From Cyanobacteria bacterium auto_48_18 (GTDB lineage Bacteria > Cyanobacteriota > Vampirovibrionia > Obscuribacterales > Obscuribacteraceae), in NCBI GenBank assembly GCA_036170915.1, contig JAVHQC010000011.1:64001-128000 (forward strand): a stretch of DNA of 64,000 nucleotides, given 5' to 3'. The position numbers and the translations under genes were made by a program. The notes under the pieces are model-generated. The model did no database searches. It was not told where the DNA came from and was given only the letters and a program-made list of their open reading frames with translations. Below are positions 43,290 to 53,154 of the stretch, in pieces. Position 1 is the stretch's first letter. Each line of letters begins with the position of its first letter.

Positions 43290-45509
43290 ATGACCGGTTC
43301 AGTTTGTAAAACTTGCGGCAAATCATTACTGGCTGAACATGCCGGTTCTTTCACGGCTTACATGTTTCAGCATAACTATTGCCAGTGCAATAAAGTAACT
43401 TTCTATAGTAAACGCAAACCGACAGCTTCGGCCGATTCAACTGAAGTTTGCAAACGGTGCCGTAAGGCGATTCCAAAAGACAGCAGGGGCGGTTCGTTTA
43501 CCGCTTTTCTCTTTGACAATCTGCGCTGCCAGTGCGCGATTCCGGCACGACCTAAAGCTAGAGAAAAGAATAAGCGTAGCGATACTGCCTATCGTACCGC
43601 GCAGCGCAAGCAATTTACACATTCTTCACAGACTGTCCCTTCGGGAGTGGTGCCAAAAGAAGAGTTTAAGGCTGGTGATATTGTTGGCGGAACTTTCAAA
43701 ATTAAGTCAGTTATAGGCAGAGGTGGCATGGGCGTTGTCTATGCCGCTGAGCAGCTTGCTTTGCAACGCTCATTTGCGCTGAAAGTTTTATCTCCGCAAT
43801 TGATCAACGAACAGACCTGGAAGCGTTTTCAGGCAGAAGCTAAAATGCTGGCCAGTCTGCATCACACCACTCTAGTGAAAGTGTACGACCTTGGTATTCA
43901 TAATCAAGCTGTGCCTTTTTATTCCATGGATTTGCTGGCAGGCCGCACGCTGGAGAGAATTCTGGCAGATGAAGGCCCGCTGGAATTGACTGAGGCCATA
44001 GATATCTTTCTACAAGTGTTAGATGGTTTGGCTTACGCGCATCGCAACGATATCGTTCATCGCGATCTTAAACCGGCAAATATTATGGTTTCATTCGCCG
44101 CCCAGGAGCCCACAGTAAAAATTCTCGATTTTGGCATTTCAAAATTGTTGAGAGATAGTGAACAAAATCTGACCGTAGCAGGAGAAATATTTGGTAGTCC
44201 ATATTATATGAGCCCCGAACAATGCATGGGAGACTCTGTAGACGCAAGGTCAGACATTTATTCGGTGGGCTGTGCACTTTTTGAAACCTTAACAGCGTGC
44301 ATACCCTTTGAGGGAAATTCAGTAGAGATGGTGGTTATGCATGAGCAAGAACTGCCGCCACTTATGGGTGATGTCTGCGACCTAGATTTTCCTTCATCAA
44401 TTGAGTATGTTGTGGCTAAGTGCCTTGAAAAAAGGCCTGAGGATCGTTATCAGTCGGCGAAAGAGATGGCCATTGATTTGAGCCGTATCAAATCTGAATC
44501 TTCTGCAGAGAGCGATTATTTTCTCAATAAATTGCCACGCTCAGTCACTATCCAGGCTGCGCCCCCGCCGGTAGACACCCTGCCGGCCGGGCAATGGGTG
44601 AAACCTCTACTTCTGGCTTCAGCGGCGATTATGGTGCTGGCATCCGCTGCTTTAATGGCTTTCAATTTTTGGTCTCAGAAACAGTCTGAACCTGTGACCG
44701 CAGCATCTGAAGAAGCCGAACCAATTTATTTTTCCAGCATTGAAGGTCCCAGGGTGGTCTTTAGTTTCCCTGACAAACCAGCAATCGGAAGAATCAATAA
44801 CAGATACACTTCATCAAATGGCAAGCTCGCTCAAGGTAAGGTTTATTACGCTCCCGCAGATCAGGTGCATTTTTTCACCAATGATTATTTGATTCATCAT
44901 CCTGAGTTGGTCAGGTCATTTCGCCCAAATGATTTATACGCCTTTGTGGTGGGCGAACAATCTATTGAAGAAAGAATACGCATAAATGGCATTATGCCTT
45001 ATGTTGCCAGACTCACCGGCTTACGTGTGTTTTCGGCCGACAACAATCGTTTCAGTGATGATTTGATGGGTTATCTCAATAGTTTGCCAAACTTGACTCA
45101 GCTCAATTTGATCAATTCGGAAGTTACCGCTGCTGGTATCAAGAATTATCATAACTGGAAAAATTTAAATGGTATCAATTTTGCCTACAACAGAGATTTA
45201 ACTGCAATGCTGGCTGCGGTAGAAGCTAGTGAAAACCTGACCTTCCTCAATATCGAAGCTCCGGAGCAAAGTTTGTCTGATGCCGACGTCAAACTGCTTT
45301 TGACTTGTAAAAACCTTGGTCATTTAAACATCATGGCTTCAGATGCCACCGATTCAATGTTACTGCAATTGGCGACCATGCCTAATCTAAAGTATGTCAA
45401 TGTTTCCGGCTGCAAAGTTTCGTCGGCGGCGGTTAAACAGGCAAAAGCTCTAAATAGTAATCTGCAAATCGTAACGTCTCAATCATTCAACAATGAGATG
45501 AAGAATTGA
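43290..45509 (+). CDS. Cys-rich repeat - Ser/Thr kinase - TM - LRR receptor-like protein
   Basis: Two CxxC..GSFTA..CQC repeats; GRGGMG, HRDLKPAN, DFG, GSPYYMSPE; TM; LRRs. Confidence 0.92.
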   Translation: MTGSVCKTCGKSLLAEHAGSFTAYMFQHNYCQCNKVTFYSKRKPTASADSTEVCKRCRKAIPKDSRGGSFTAFLFDNLRCQCAIPARPKAREKNKRSDTAYRTAQRKQFTHSSQTVPSGVVPKEEFKAGDIVGGTFKIKSVIGRGGMGVVYAAEQLALQRSFALKVLSPQLINEQTWKRFQAEAKMLASLHHTTLVKVYDLGIHNQAVPFYSMDLLAGRTLERILADEGPLELTEAIDIFLQVLDGLAYAHRNDIVHRDLKPANIMVSFAAQEPTVKILDFGISKLLRDSEQNLTVAGEIFGSPYYMSPEQCMGDSVDARSDIYSVGCALFETLTACIPFEGNSVEMVVMHEQELPPLMGDVCDLDFPSSIEYVVAKCLEKRPEDRYQSAKEMAIDLSRIKSESSAESDYFLNKLPRSVTIQAAPPPVDTLPAGQWVKPLLLASAAIMVLASAALMAFNFWSQKQSEPVTAASEEAEPIYFSSIEGPRVVFSFPDKPAIGRINNRYTSSNGKLAQGKVYYAPADQVHFFTNDYLIHHPELVRSFRPNDLYAFVVGEQSIEERIRINGIMPYVARLTGLRVFSADNNRFSDDLMGYLNSLPNLTQLNLINSEVTAAGIKNYHNWKNLNGINFAYNRDLTAMLAAVEASENLTFLNIEAPEQSLSDADVKLLLTCKNLGHLNIMASDATDSMLLQLATMPNLKYVNVSGCKVSSAAVKQAKALNSNLQIVTSQSFNNEMKN

Positions 45510-46461
45510 GTAATTCTTTTTCCTTTTCCAATGATAGCCCTGCTTTTCTTTCTACAGGCTGCAGCCGCTCTGTGTCCCATTTTAATGTATCGGCGATTGT
45601 CTCTGCTAGTGGCCTAATCTGAAGCCCATGCGCAAATGCTTTACTGCAATCAAACTGCATAAAGCCTGCCCAGTCTTGAGAAGACAGTGGTATCCACAGA
45701 GGCAATTCAGACCATGGTGTTATCTGTAGTGCCAGAAGTTTTTCGTCGCTCTGCCACACCAATTTACAGTCACTTTTAATTGTTTGCAAACACATTTGTA
45801 AAAATGCAGCCATAGTCAAAGGGGCTTCGGGACCAGTAGCATTGAAACAACCGCATGTATTGCTTTCCACCAGTTTGATTATCCATGTGGCGAGGTCGCG
45901 CACATCGATAAACTGAATTGTTCGCTCAGGTTTGCCTGGGCACAATATAGTTCCGCCCTGAGCGATACGCCAGGGCCAATAAGTGAAGCGATCACTGGGG
46001 TCAAACGGTCCGACAATCAGTCCAGGTCTAATAATCAGGCTGCTGCTGATATTGTCACTGACTATCTTTTCACAGTCAGCTTTAAAGGTGCCGTAGTCGC
46101 CTTCACCATTGTTTGTGTACTTGACCGCATTGGCTTCGGTAAGCGATAAGCGACTGAAATCACCGTACGCTGAAATTGATGAGATCAATACATAGTTTTG
46201 CACCTGGTCTTTGAGCGCTTTTACCGATTTCTCTACCACTTCTGGTTGGTAGCCGCAGGTGTCGATTACGGCGTCAAAATTTTTGCCGGCGAGAACTTCC
46301 AGGCTTCCTTCTCGATCGGCAATTAGTTTTTCTACCGATTGCTGTTCTGCTAAATTTTCACGGCCACGGTTTAAGGTGGTGACAAGGTGACCGGCAGCAA
46401 GAGCAGCGGCCACCAGATGCCGACCGAGAAATACCGTTCCGCCTATAATTAGCAGTCGCAC
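45487..46461 (-). CDS. NAD-dependent epimerase/dehydratase family protein
   Basis: GGTVFLG, ISSISAY, YGTFKADCE, RPGLIVGP, QFIDVRDLA. Confidence 0.88.
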   Translation of the reverse strand: MRLLIIGGTVFLGRHLVAAALAAGHLVTTLNRGRENLAEQQSVEKLIADREGSLEVLAGKNFDAVIDTCGYQPEVVEKSVKALKDQVQNYVLISSISAYGDFSRLSLTEANAVKYTNNGEGDYGTFKADCEKIVSDNISSSLIIRPGLIVGPFDPSDRFTYWPWRIAQGGTILCPGKPERTIQFIDVRDLATWIIKLVESNTCGCFNATGPEAPLTMAAFLQMCLQTIKSDCKLVWQSDEKLLALQITPWSELPLWIPLSSQDWAGFMQFDCSKAFAHGLQIRPLAETIADTLKWDTERLQPVERKAGLSLEKEKELLNSSSHC

Positions 46462-46527
46462 TTATTTTCGCCTTGCGTTGTCAACGGTAGATAATAGCAA
46501 CAATTCGCACACTAGTAGAGCCTGATT

Positions 46528-46890
46528 ATGAAAGAGTCAATTCAAATTACCGTTTACGAAAAACCGACCTGCTCCAAATGCAGAGAAATGAGCAAGCTTT
46601 TAAAAGACAAAGGGCTCGATTTTCACAGGGTCAATTATTATATCGAGCCATTAGACGCGGCAAAAATTTCTGACTTACTACTCAAGATGCAATTGCCTGC
46701 CAGGGCCATTTTGCGCAGCAGTGAAGCAGTCTACAAAGAGTTGGGTTTAGCACGGGCTGAACTTTCAGATCAAGAGTTGATTGCTCTCATGGTTAAGCAT
46801 CCTGATTTGATGCAAAGGCCAATAGTCGAGAAAGGCAAACGAGCGGTACTTGGTCGGCCAACTGAGAATGTCATCGCTCTTCTTGAATAA
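46528..46890 (+). CDS. ArsC/Spx family protein
   Basis: YEKPTCSKCR, HPDLMQRPIV, LGRP. Confidence 0.88.
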   Translation: MKESIQITVYEKPTCSKCREMSKLLKDKGLDFHRVNYYIEPLDAAKISDLLLKMQLPARAILRSSEAVYKELGLARAELSDQELIALMVKHPDLMQRPIVEKGKRAVLGRPTENVIALLE

Positions 46891-46898
46891 AGGAATAT

Positions 46899-46925
46899 GG
46901 AACTTTCGCCTCACGGTGCCGTCGC
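46899..46925 (+). promoter_or_regulatory. ECF-sigma-type promoter
   Basis: GGAACTT-N15-GTCGC upstream of 46952. Confidence 0.55.
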
Positions 46926-46951
46926 GCTAAAGCACTAGTTAGGAGATTGCC

Positions 46952-47395
46952 ATGTCAGGATTGAAACGAGCATTTACTGTGGCCCTGATGGCCTGCGCCA
47001 TTTGTGGCAGCGTTGCAGCCGGTGATGCCAAGAATTATCGTCAAATTGAATCAGATATTCGCTCTGCCGCTTACAGTGGCTCAAGCAAAAAGAAGGCTGC
47101 TCCTAATCGGGTGGCGAAAACCACCGCGAGTTATCAAACTGGCAATATCGACCGCACCCAGCCAGGAAATGCCGCGAAATATCAAACCGGAAATATCAAT
47201 CGCACCACAACCGGCCATCCAGCTAAATATCAAACTGGCAATATAGACCGCACTAAAGCTGGCCATCCAGCTCAGTATCAAACCGGCAATATTGATCGCA
47301 CAACCACGGGCAATCCGGCTAATCTGCAAACCACTGTCCGCAGTAAAACCAGCAACTATCAAACTGGCAATATCGATCGCACCCACACTAAGTAA
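46952..47395 (+). CDS. Secreted protein with 16-aa tandem repeats (YQTGNIDRT core)
   Basis: AGGAG SD, signal peptide, five YQTGNI(D/N)RT copies. Confidence 0.8.
   Translation: MSGLKRAFTVALMACAICGSVAAGDAKNYRQIESDIRSAAYSGSSKKKAAPNRVAKTTASYQTGNIDRTQPGNAAKYQTGNINRTTTGHPAKYQTGNIDRTKAGHPAQYQTGNIDRTTTGNPANLQTTVRSKTSNYQTGNIDRTHTK
47132..47383 (+). repeat. Coding 48-bp tandem repeat
   Basis: TATCAAAC(T/C)GG(C/A)AATAT starts at 47132, 47180, 47228, 47276 and 47357. Confidence 0.9.
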
Positions 47396-47740
47396 TTAGC
47401 GTGGTGATGGTGGCGTGGTAGGCGGCATCTCGTTTACCATGCGCGGGGCCTTAACGTATTGAATCGGTTGACCCTCTGGATTTATGCCTATATTGGGCTT
47501 CCGTGAATTAACTCTCTGATAGTTTTGAAGCACAGCGCCGCGCTCCATCTGGGGCGTGGTTGCGGTGGTGGGATCTATGGTTTTATCCGCTACAAAATCA
47601 CTAATAATCAAAGCTATAGCAAATACAGCTGCGGCCACCAGTACTTTGATAATCCAGCTGGCGCTGTTGTCGGGCTCGCGCACTCGTGCCGCCTCTAAGG
47701 CCTTTAGTTCGCTTGCGATTTCCTGATCTGACATAATCAC
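47396..47740 (-). CDS. Hypothetical single-TM protein
   Basis: GAGG SD region; TM WIIKVLVAAAVFAIALII. Confidence 0.6.
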   Translation of the reverse strand: MIMSDQEIASELKALEAARVREPDNSASWIIKVLVAAAVFAIALIISDFVADKTIDPTTATTPQMERGAVLQNYQRVNSRKPNIGINPEGQPIQYVKAPRMVNEMPPTTPPSPR

Positions 47741-47806
47741 CTCTCTGCTAGATTAATTCTGACGCGGCCTTGCGTGTTTAGTTCCTGTTGATATGTGGGC
47801 AATTGA

Positions 47807-48400
47807 GTGAATATTACCTATTCTCCAGAGCTAAATCGAGCTATTACGTACGCCCAGGAGGAAGCCAGAGATCTGGGGCACCACTGCGTTTCATCGGCTC
47901 ATTTGCTATTAGGATTGTGTCGCACAGACAGTATTGCCGGCAATTTTTTGCGAGCCCTTGGTGTGACTTTACCTTTTGCCCTGCCTGTTGTAGAAAGGCT
48001 GTGCGGCCGCGGCGAGCCGCTGCCAAAAGACTTGATACTGCCATTAGATCAGAGAGCACACGAAGATTTAGCACTGGCGCAAAGTGAGAGCAATCGATTC
48101 AAAAGTGTTTTGTGCCATCCTGAACATTTGTTGCTGGCTCTGTTTAGAGACCCTGAGAGCATCAGTGCTGCTGGAATTTTACCGGCTCTGGGTGTATCGC
48201 TTAGTTATGCCGAGGCCGAATTTGCCATCTGGCCTGAAAATAATCATGACCTTTCGGGCTACAAACAACAGCTGCAAGCTATGATCAAGACCTGGCAAAT
48301 GCGAGCAGAAATGGCAAAGCATCAGGGCTTTGCCCACCTGGAGGCACAAGCACTGCAACATGCTGACAAATACAAAAAACTCTTATCAAATCTTGAATAG
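47807..48400 (+). CDS. Stand-alone Clp protease N-terminal (Clp_N repeat) domain protein
   Basis: AQEEARDLGH..V..AHLLLGL and AQSES.......HPEHLLLAL; no AAA+ domain. Confidence 0.8.
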   Translation: MNITYSPELNRAITYAQEEARDLGHHCVSSAHLLLGLCRTDSIAGNFLRALGVTLPFALPVVERLCGRGEPLPKDLILPLDQRAHEDLALAQSESNRFKSVLCHPEHLLLALFRDPESISAAGILPALGVSLSYAEAEFAIWPENNHDLSGYKQQLQAMIKTWQMRAEMAKHQGFAHLEAQALQHADKYKKLLSNLE

Positions 48401-48427
48401 ACTTAAGACCAAAATTTTGAAAGCTTA

Positions 48428-50533
48428 TCAAGGCTCGACAAAGTTCTGAATCTGCTCACCTTTTGAAATTTGCAACTCTTTCATCTTTTTGAATTTTTTC
48501 AAGACCGGATTGTTTTTATCAATGCCACATTTGTCGGCATAGAGATATTGTAAATGCGGCAACCGTGCCAACATTGCCAGATCAGTGGGGCTAATTTTAT
48601 TGCCTGAAATCTGCAACATGGTGAGCCCAGAAATTTTGGCTATTGTCTTGAAATCGCTGTGCGTTAAATTGGAATTCTTCAAACCCAAGTTTGTTAACTC
48701 TCTACATTCACGCAGCTTTGCCAGCATCGCCGACGGTGCTACTGCGCCAGTCCAGTGAAATCGCTTTAAGTGTTTCCAGCAAGTAGCTTTAGCGAGTGTG
48801 TTGCCTGTTAAGGAAATGCCAAAAGCATCAAAATCTGCCAAATTTTGTAATTTATTCAACGAATCGATAGACCGCTCAGTTAGGCCATCATCAGAGATAA
48901 GTTCAAGAGATCTAATGAGCGGAATCTGAGTGACAGCGGCCAGCATTTTGTCGTTAGACTGAGAACTAAATAAGCGCACAGTGTAGATGTCACCTGGTTG
49001 AAAGCGTTTTACAAAATTGGGAAATTCTGCAGCAATCGGATTGGGCGCAAATTCAAGTAACTCGTTGTATTTATAGCGAATAAAGCCGCGCGCTTCCTGC
49101 CTGGTGTTTGGCTTATGTCGTTGAGCAATGATACCTATCACTGTATCTTTAGGAAAATAGAAGCAGCGATATTTCTGATCGCCAATGACGCCCACGGTTG
49201 AATATTTGTCGAGTTGGTTCTGTGAACCGATGGGCCTTTGCACTACGGCAGCGTCGCCAAAAATTGGTATAGGCGTATATGTTGATTGCAGACCTTCAAC
49301 TGCTGGAGCTGTTTTGTTGTGACGCGGTTTTATAAGATCAAGAAAAACTGCTGAGGCCGTCACAGTAAGCGTGAGCAACGCCACTAAAAACAACACAGGT
49401 AGCCAGGTGCTTAAGTCGCCTTGAGTTTGATTTGGTGCTTCCCTCGGAGGAATTGTAGCGCCCGAATATTGCAGCGGATCCTTTCCTTCTTTAATGCGTG
49501 TCAAGTCTAGAGCCAGTTCTTTGCACGACTGATATCGTTCTGCCGGATTTTTGTGCAAACATTTGCCCACAACATATTCAATCGATTTGGCGAATTCGCG
49601 GCCGCTTACCGTACTCATAGTTGGTGCATCTTTCTCTTGATGCAGCAGCGCTGTGTCAAAAGCCGTTGGCCCCGCAAACGGTACGTAACCAGTTAAAATT
49701 TCAAAGAGAGTACAACCGAGTGAATAAATGTCGCTTCTGGTGTCGGCGGGTTCTCCGGCACATTGTTCTGGGCTCATATACGACGGGCTGCCGAAAATGT
49801 CACCAGCTAAAGTCAAATTTTGATGGTGGGCTGATCCTTCAAATTTTGAAATGCCAAAATCGAGAATCTTAACTACTTGGGCACCGTCCCTGGTGCAGAG
49901 CATGATATTGGCAGGTTTTAAATCGCGGTGAATTACTTTATTGCGGTGAGCATACGCCAGCCCGTCCAGAACTTCCAGAAAAGGATCAATTACCGTTTCG
50001 AGCTTGATCGGTCCCTGGCTGACCAGCATCTCTTCTAAGGTTCGACCCTGCAAATAATCCATGGAGTAAAAAGGGAATTTCTGTTCGTGCACGCAGAGAT
50101 CGTAGACTTTAACGAACGTAGGATGAGTCAGGGCTGCTAAAATCTTGGCTTCGGTTTTAAAACGCAGCCAGCTTTTTTCTGTCACCTGGTCTGGTGAAAG
50201 CACTTTCAAAGCATATTGATTGTTTAGAGTCGTATGCCTGACAAGATAAACGACACTCATGCCGCCTTCGCCAATGACCGATATAATTCTAAAAGAGCCG
50301 CCGATAATTGTGTCTGCGGGCAGAATCTCGTGAACAGATAGTGGAGAGTCTGAGCGGGTTGCTTTGAGGCTCTGAGTAAAAAGTTTGTGCTGGTTAACTC
50401 TTTCGACGGTGCTTGTATGGTGAGCGTTTACGGTATTACTGTGTTCGCGCTCTAATGGACGCACCCCGGCACAGTCGCACTTCTGTTCTTTGAATAGCAA
50501 GGGTCTAGGCTTGCCACACGATTTACACAGCAT
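48428..50533 (-). CDS. Cys-motif - Ser/Thr kinase - TM - LRR receptor-like protein
   Basis: CKSCGK..CDC; GEGGMS, HRDLKPAN, DFG, GSPSYMSPE; TM; LRRs. Confidence 0.92.
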   Translation of the reverse strand: MLCKSCGKPRPLLFKEQKCDCAGVRPLEREHSNTVNAHHTSTVERVNQHKLFTQSLKATRSDSPLSVHEILPADTIIGGSFRIISVIGEGGMSVVYLVRHTTLNNQYALKVLSPDQVTEKSWLRFKTEAKILAALTHPTFVKVYDLCVHEQKFPFYSMDYLQGRTLEEMLVSQGPIKLETVIDPFLEVLDGLAYAHRNKVIHRDLKPANIMLCTRDGAQVVKILDFGISKFEGSAHHQNLTLAGDIFGSPSYMSPEQCAGEPADTRSDIYSLGCTLFEILTGYVPFAGPTAFDTALLHQEKDAPTMSTVSGREFAKSIEYVVGKCLHKNPAERYQSCKELALDLTRIKEGKDPLQYSGATIPPREAPNQTQGDLSTWLPVLFLVALLTLTVTASAVFLDLIKPRHNKTAPAVEGLQSTYTPIPIFGDAAVVQRPIGSQNQLDKYSTVGVIGDQKYRCFYFPKDTVIGIIAQRHKPNTRQEARGFIRYKYNELLEFAPNPIAAEFPNFVKRFQPGDIYTVRLFSSQSNDKMLAAVTQIPLIRSLELISDDGLTERSIDSLNKLQNLADFDAFGISLTGNTLAKATCWKHLKRFHWTGAVAPSAMLAKLRECRELTNLGLKNSNLTHSDFKTIAKISGLTMLQISGNKISPTDLAMLARLPHLQYLYADKCGIDKNNPVLKKFKKMKELQISKGEQIQNFVEP

Positions 50534-50633
50534 TCAGATGCATGGCTCCGCCAACTAACAAGCAGTCAGTTTGAGTTTAACACAAGGGCGGCCATCAGTT
50601 GACAGATTGCCATAATTTGCACCATGGGCGGTG

Positions 50634-50915
50634 CTATGAGGCGTGCCGACGTTTCGTTTGAGGCAGTTCTAGTGGAGCGCCAAAGCCGCTGGCAGGCTCT
50701 TGCTCACCATAGGTGAAGCGCGGTACCTGGTCGCTGTCCATTTCACTGACCCAGTGATCAATCAAGTCATCTGCAGTCAAGACTTGCAGGTCTCTTTCTA
50801 CGCACTCTCTGGCGTAACAGCGCAGTCTTTCAAGATCCCAGTTTTTAACGTCATCTACCAGTCTGGCTATGGTTTCCGCTTTATCTAGTTCGCCGTCTTC
50901 ATAATGGCTTTTCAT
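50634..50915 (-). CDS. Small acidic hypothetical protein
   Basis: 93 aa ORF preceded by GGAACTT-N16-GACTA promoter motif (50976..50949). Confidence 0.6.
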   Translation of the reverse strand: MKSHYEDGELDKAETIARLVDDVKNWDLERLRCYARECVERDLQVLTADDLIDHWVSEMDSDQVPRFTYGEQEPASGFGAPLELPQTKRRHAS

Positions 50916-51114
50916 GGTTTAGCTCTATCTATATGTAACGCATATAAATAGTCGTATGTAATGGGTGGAAAGTTCCCTTTGCAATGGCCAAATTCCGCAC
51001 AGGCAGCTATTCTCAACACCATACATATGTTCTAGCGAGTTCCAAATACTTGTAACCTGGCAGTTCCCAAGACGCCTGTGTGCTAAAGTTTGCCCACTAA
51101 TCACGAGCAACTAT

Positions 51115-52308
51115 TTGAAAGCGCAACTTGCATTTAATATTGATTTAGCGTTGCTCAGCCTGCTGCTACTCGGTTTATACACCCCAGTGTGTGGGCTTGA
51201 ACCTCTGGCAATAACGGAAGAACAAGCCACAGTCAAACCAGCGGAAAAATCGGAGATTAGCGCAAAAATGCATCAATTGCAGACAGCTACTAGAAGCCCT
51301 TTTGGTACCACTAAAGACGGAGAAGCTGTTGAGCAAGTGACTTTGCGCAATGCAGATGCTGACATTGAGGCGCGCATTATCACTTACGGTGCCACCCTGA
51401 CAGCTGTGGAAGTACCTGATAAAGCAGGTAAGAAGGCTAATGTAGTACTTGGTTTTGATAATCTCGGCGACTACGAGTCTAAGTCTCCATACTTCGGCGC
51501 CACCGTAGGCCGTTGCGCTAATCGCATTGCTGATGCCAAATTTGTGCTTGACGGCAAGACTTATGTTTTAGACGCCAATAATGGCCCTAATACGCTGCAC
51601 GGCGGTCTTAAGGGATTTGACAAAAGAGTCTGGAAAATCATTGAACTGACAGACGGCGCAGTGACCTTTGCCCTTGAAAGCAAAGATATGGAAGAAGGGT
51701 TCCCCGGCAATCTTAGTGTCACAGTTAAGTATGCCTTGAATGCAAAGCAAGAACTGAAAATCACTTATGCCGCCGAAACTGACAAAGCAACGCCTGTTAA
51801 TCTCACTAATCATGCCTACTTTAATTTGGCCGGAGCCGGTAACGGCAACATTCTTGATCACCGGCTAATCATGCATTGTGAGCGTTATACACCGGTCAAT
51901 GCTACTTTGATTCCTACAGGTGAAATAGCGCCGGTGGCAGGCACAGCGTTTGATTTTACAGATTGGCACAAAATCGGCGAGCGCATAGAAGCGGCCGGTG
52001 GATACGATCACAACTTTGTCATCAACCGCAAAGCTGATGGGTTGGTCAGTGCAGCGGAGGCTCAAGATTCTGCCAGTGGGCGTTCACTCGAGATTTTGAC
52101 CACCGAGCCAGGTGTGCAGTTTTACAGCGGTAATTTTCTAGATGGCACCATATCTGGTACCGGTGGCATTTACAAGAAACACTTTGGTTTTACTTTTGAG
52201 GCCCAGCACTATCCAGATTCAGTGCACCAACCAGAATTTCCCAGTATTATTTTGAGACCAGGCCAGAAATACAGTCAGGTAACTGTTTACAAATTCTCTG
52301 CTAAATAG
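51115..52308 (+). CDS. galM: Aldose 1-epimerase (start uncertain: TTG 51115 with signal-like peptide, or ATG 51268)
   Basis: YFGATVGRCANRI, LHGG, EGFPG, NLTNHAYFNL, GYDHNF, QFYSGNFL, FEAQHYPD. Confidence 0.92.
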   Translation: MKAQLAFNIDLALLSLLLLGLYTPVCGLEPLAITEEQATVKPAEKSEISAKMHQLQTATRSPFGTTKDGEAVEQVTLRNADADIEARIITYGATLTAVEVPDKAGKKANVVLGFDNLGDYESKSPYFGATVGRCANRIADAKFVLDGKTYVLDANNGPNTLHGGLKGFDKRVWKIIELTDGAVTFALESKDMEEGFPGNLSVTVKYALNAKQELKITYAAETDKATPVNLTNHAYFNLAGAGNGNILDHRLIMHCERYTPVNATLIPTGEIAPVAGTAFDFTDWHKIGERIEAAGGYDHNFVINRKADGLVSAAEAQDSASGRSLEILTTEPGVQFYSGNFLDGTISGTGGIYKKHFGFTFEAQHYPDSVHQPEFPSIILRPGQKYSQVTVYKFSAK

Positions 52309-52404
52309 AAGCAAATTACTTTCTAATTGATTTAGTTTCTAGCGGCACTTTTGCATTCTTAGTGCGTCGATTCGTCAGTGAATCGCCACAACTGAGGATA
52401 TTAA

Positions 52405-52608
52405 ATGAAACTGGTCAGACTCAATTTTATGCAAAGTGCTGAAACCATCATAGAGTACGGTTTTAACCCCTTGCAGATTAGCCATGTCAAGCCTAATCTG
52501 GTCAATGCTAACGAAACTGAGATTAAATTGGTCGATGTAGCTCTAGCACTTAAAGTGCAAGGGTCTTATGCTGAAGTGATGGCTCTGGTTGAAGCTGCTT
52601 TAGCTTAA
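52405..52608 (+). CDS. Small hypothetical protein
   Basis: GAGGA SD; 67 aa; GGCACTT-N15-GTC motif upstream (52344-52368). Confidence 0.6.
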   Translation: MKLVRLNFMQSAETIIEYGFNPLQISHVKPNLVNANETEIKLVDVALALKVQGSYAEVMALVEAALA

Positions 52609-52623
52609 GTTGCGGGTACAGAT

Positions 52624-53154
52624 TTGAAAAAGCACTCCCTACTTGTCTTGTTTTGTGCTTTTGCGATCTTGCAATCGGCAGCTGCCGCTTCAGAGTCTTC
52701 TCAGCAGCGTTTGTACGAGGTTGGTGGCCAGTCGCTTGGTAAAGAGATGTGGAAACCCGGTTATGGTCTTTCGGTAGGCACTCTTGGATGCGCCGCCGCT
52801 GTATGCAATGTTTTAAAGAAAGCCGGAATCACTAAAGTCAGTTCACCGGTAGTAACAGTAATGCGCAGGCAACTGTTGAGCAAAGGTTGCCGAGAATTTA
52901 TTGTGCGCAATGGCGAAGGTAAGGCCTTAAATGATCAAATGCTCCTCAAATATTCCCGACCCGGCGACATTCTCATTGCTACCATTGAGCCACCCAACCG
53001 GTTGAACGGTGGGGGCAATGCGCACTGCGGCATTATGGCTCAAGGCCTGCAAATCTACACCAATGATTGGAATAATGGCATCTGGAGTGAGGTCAATGTG
53101 CACCAGATGTTCGACGCTTATCCTTATGTGCGCTTAGTCAGGTTGCCACAATAA
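52624..53154 (+). CDS. Secreted protein, probable papain-like (NlpC/P60-type) amidase
   Basis: Signal peptide; LGCAAAV (Cys), PGDILI, AHCGIM (His). Confidence 0.65.
   Translation: MKKHSLLVLFCAFAILQSAAAASESSQQRLYEVGGQSLGKEMWKPGYGLSVGTLGCAAAVCNVLKKAGITKVSSPVVTVMRRQLLSKGCREFIVRNGEGKALNDQMLLKYSRPGDILIATIEPPNRLNGGGNAHCGIMAQGLQIYTNDWNNGIWSEVNVHQMFDAYPYVRLVRLPQ

Noticed and set aside
47132..47383. Regularly spaced DNA repeats resembling a CRISPR array
   Set aside because: The 48-bp period is in frame with synonymous variation, the intervening sequences are related to each other, and no cas genes are present
35643..50533. Genomic island integrated at the tRNA cluster
   Set aside because: No integrase or transposase, no duplicated tRNA 3' end seen, and the downstream genes resemble the rest of the window
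50965..51114. Long N-terminal extension of galM
   Set aside because: Overlaps the divergent gene's promoter motif; likely an artefact of taking the first start codon
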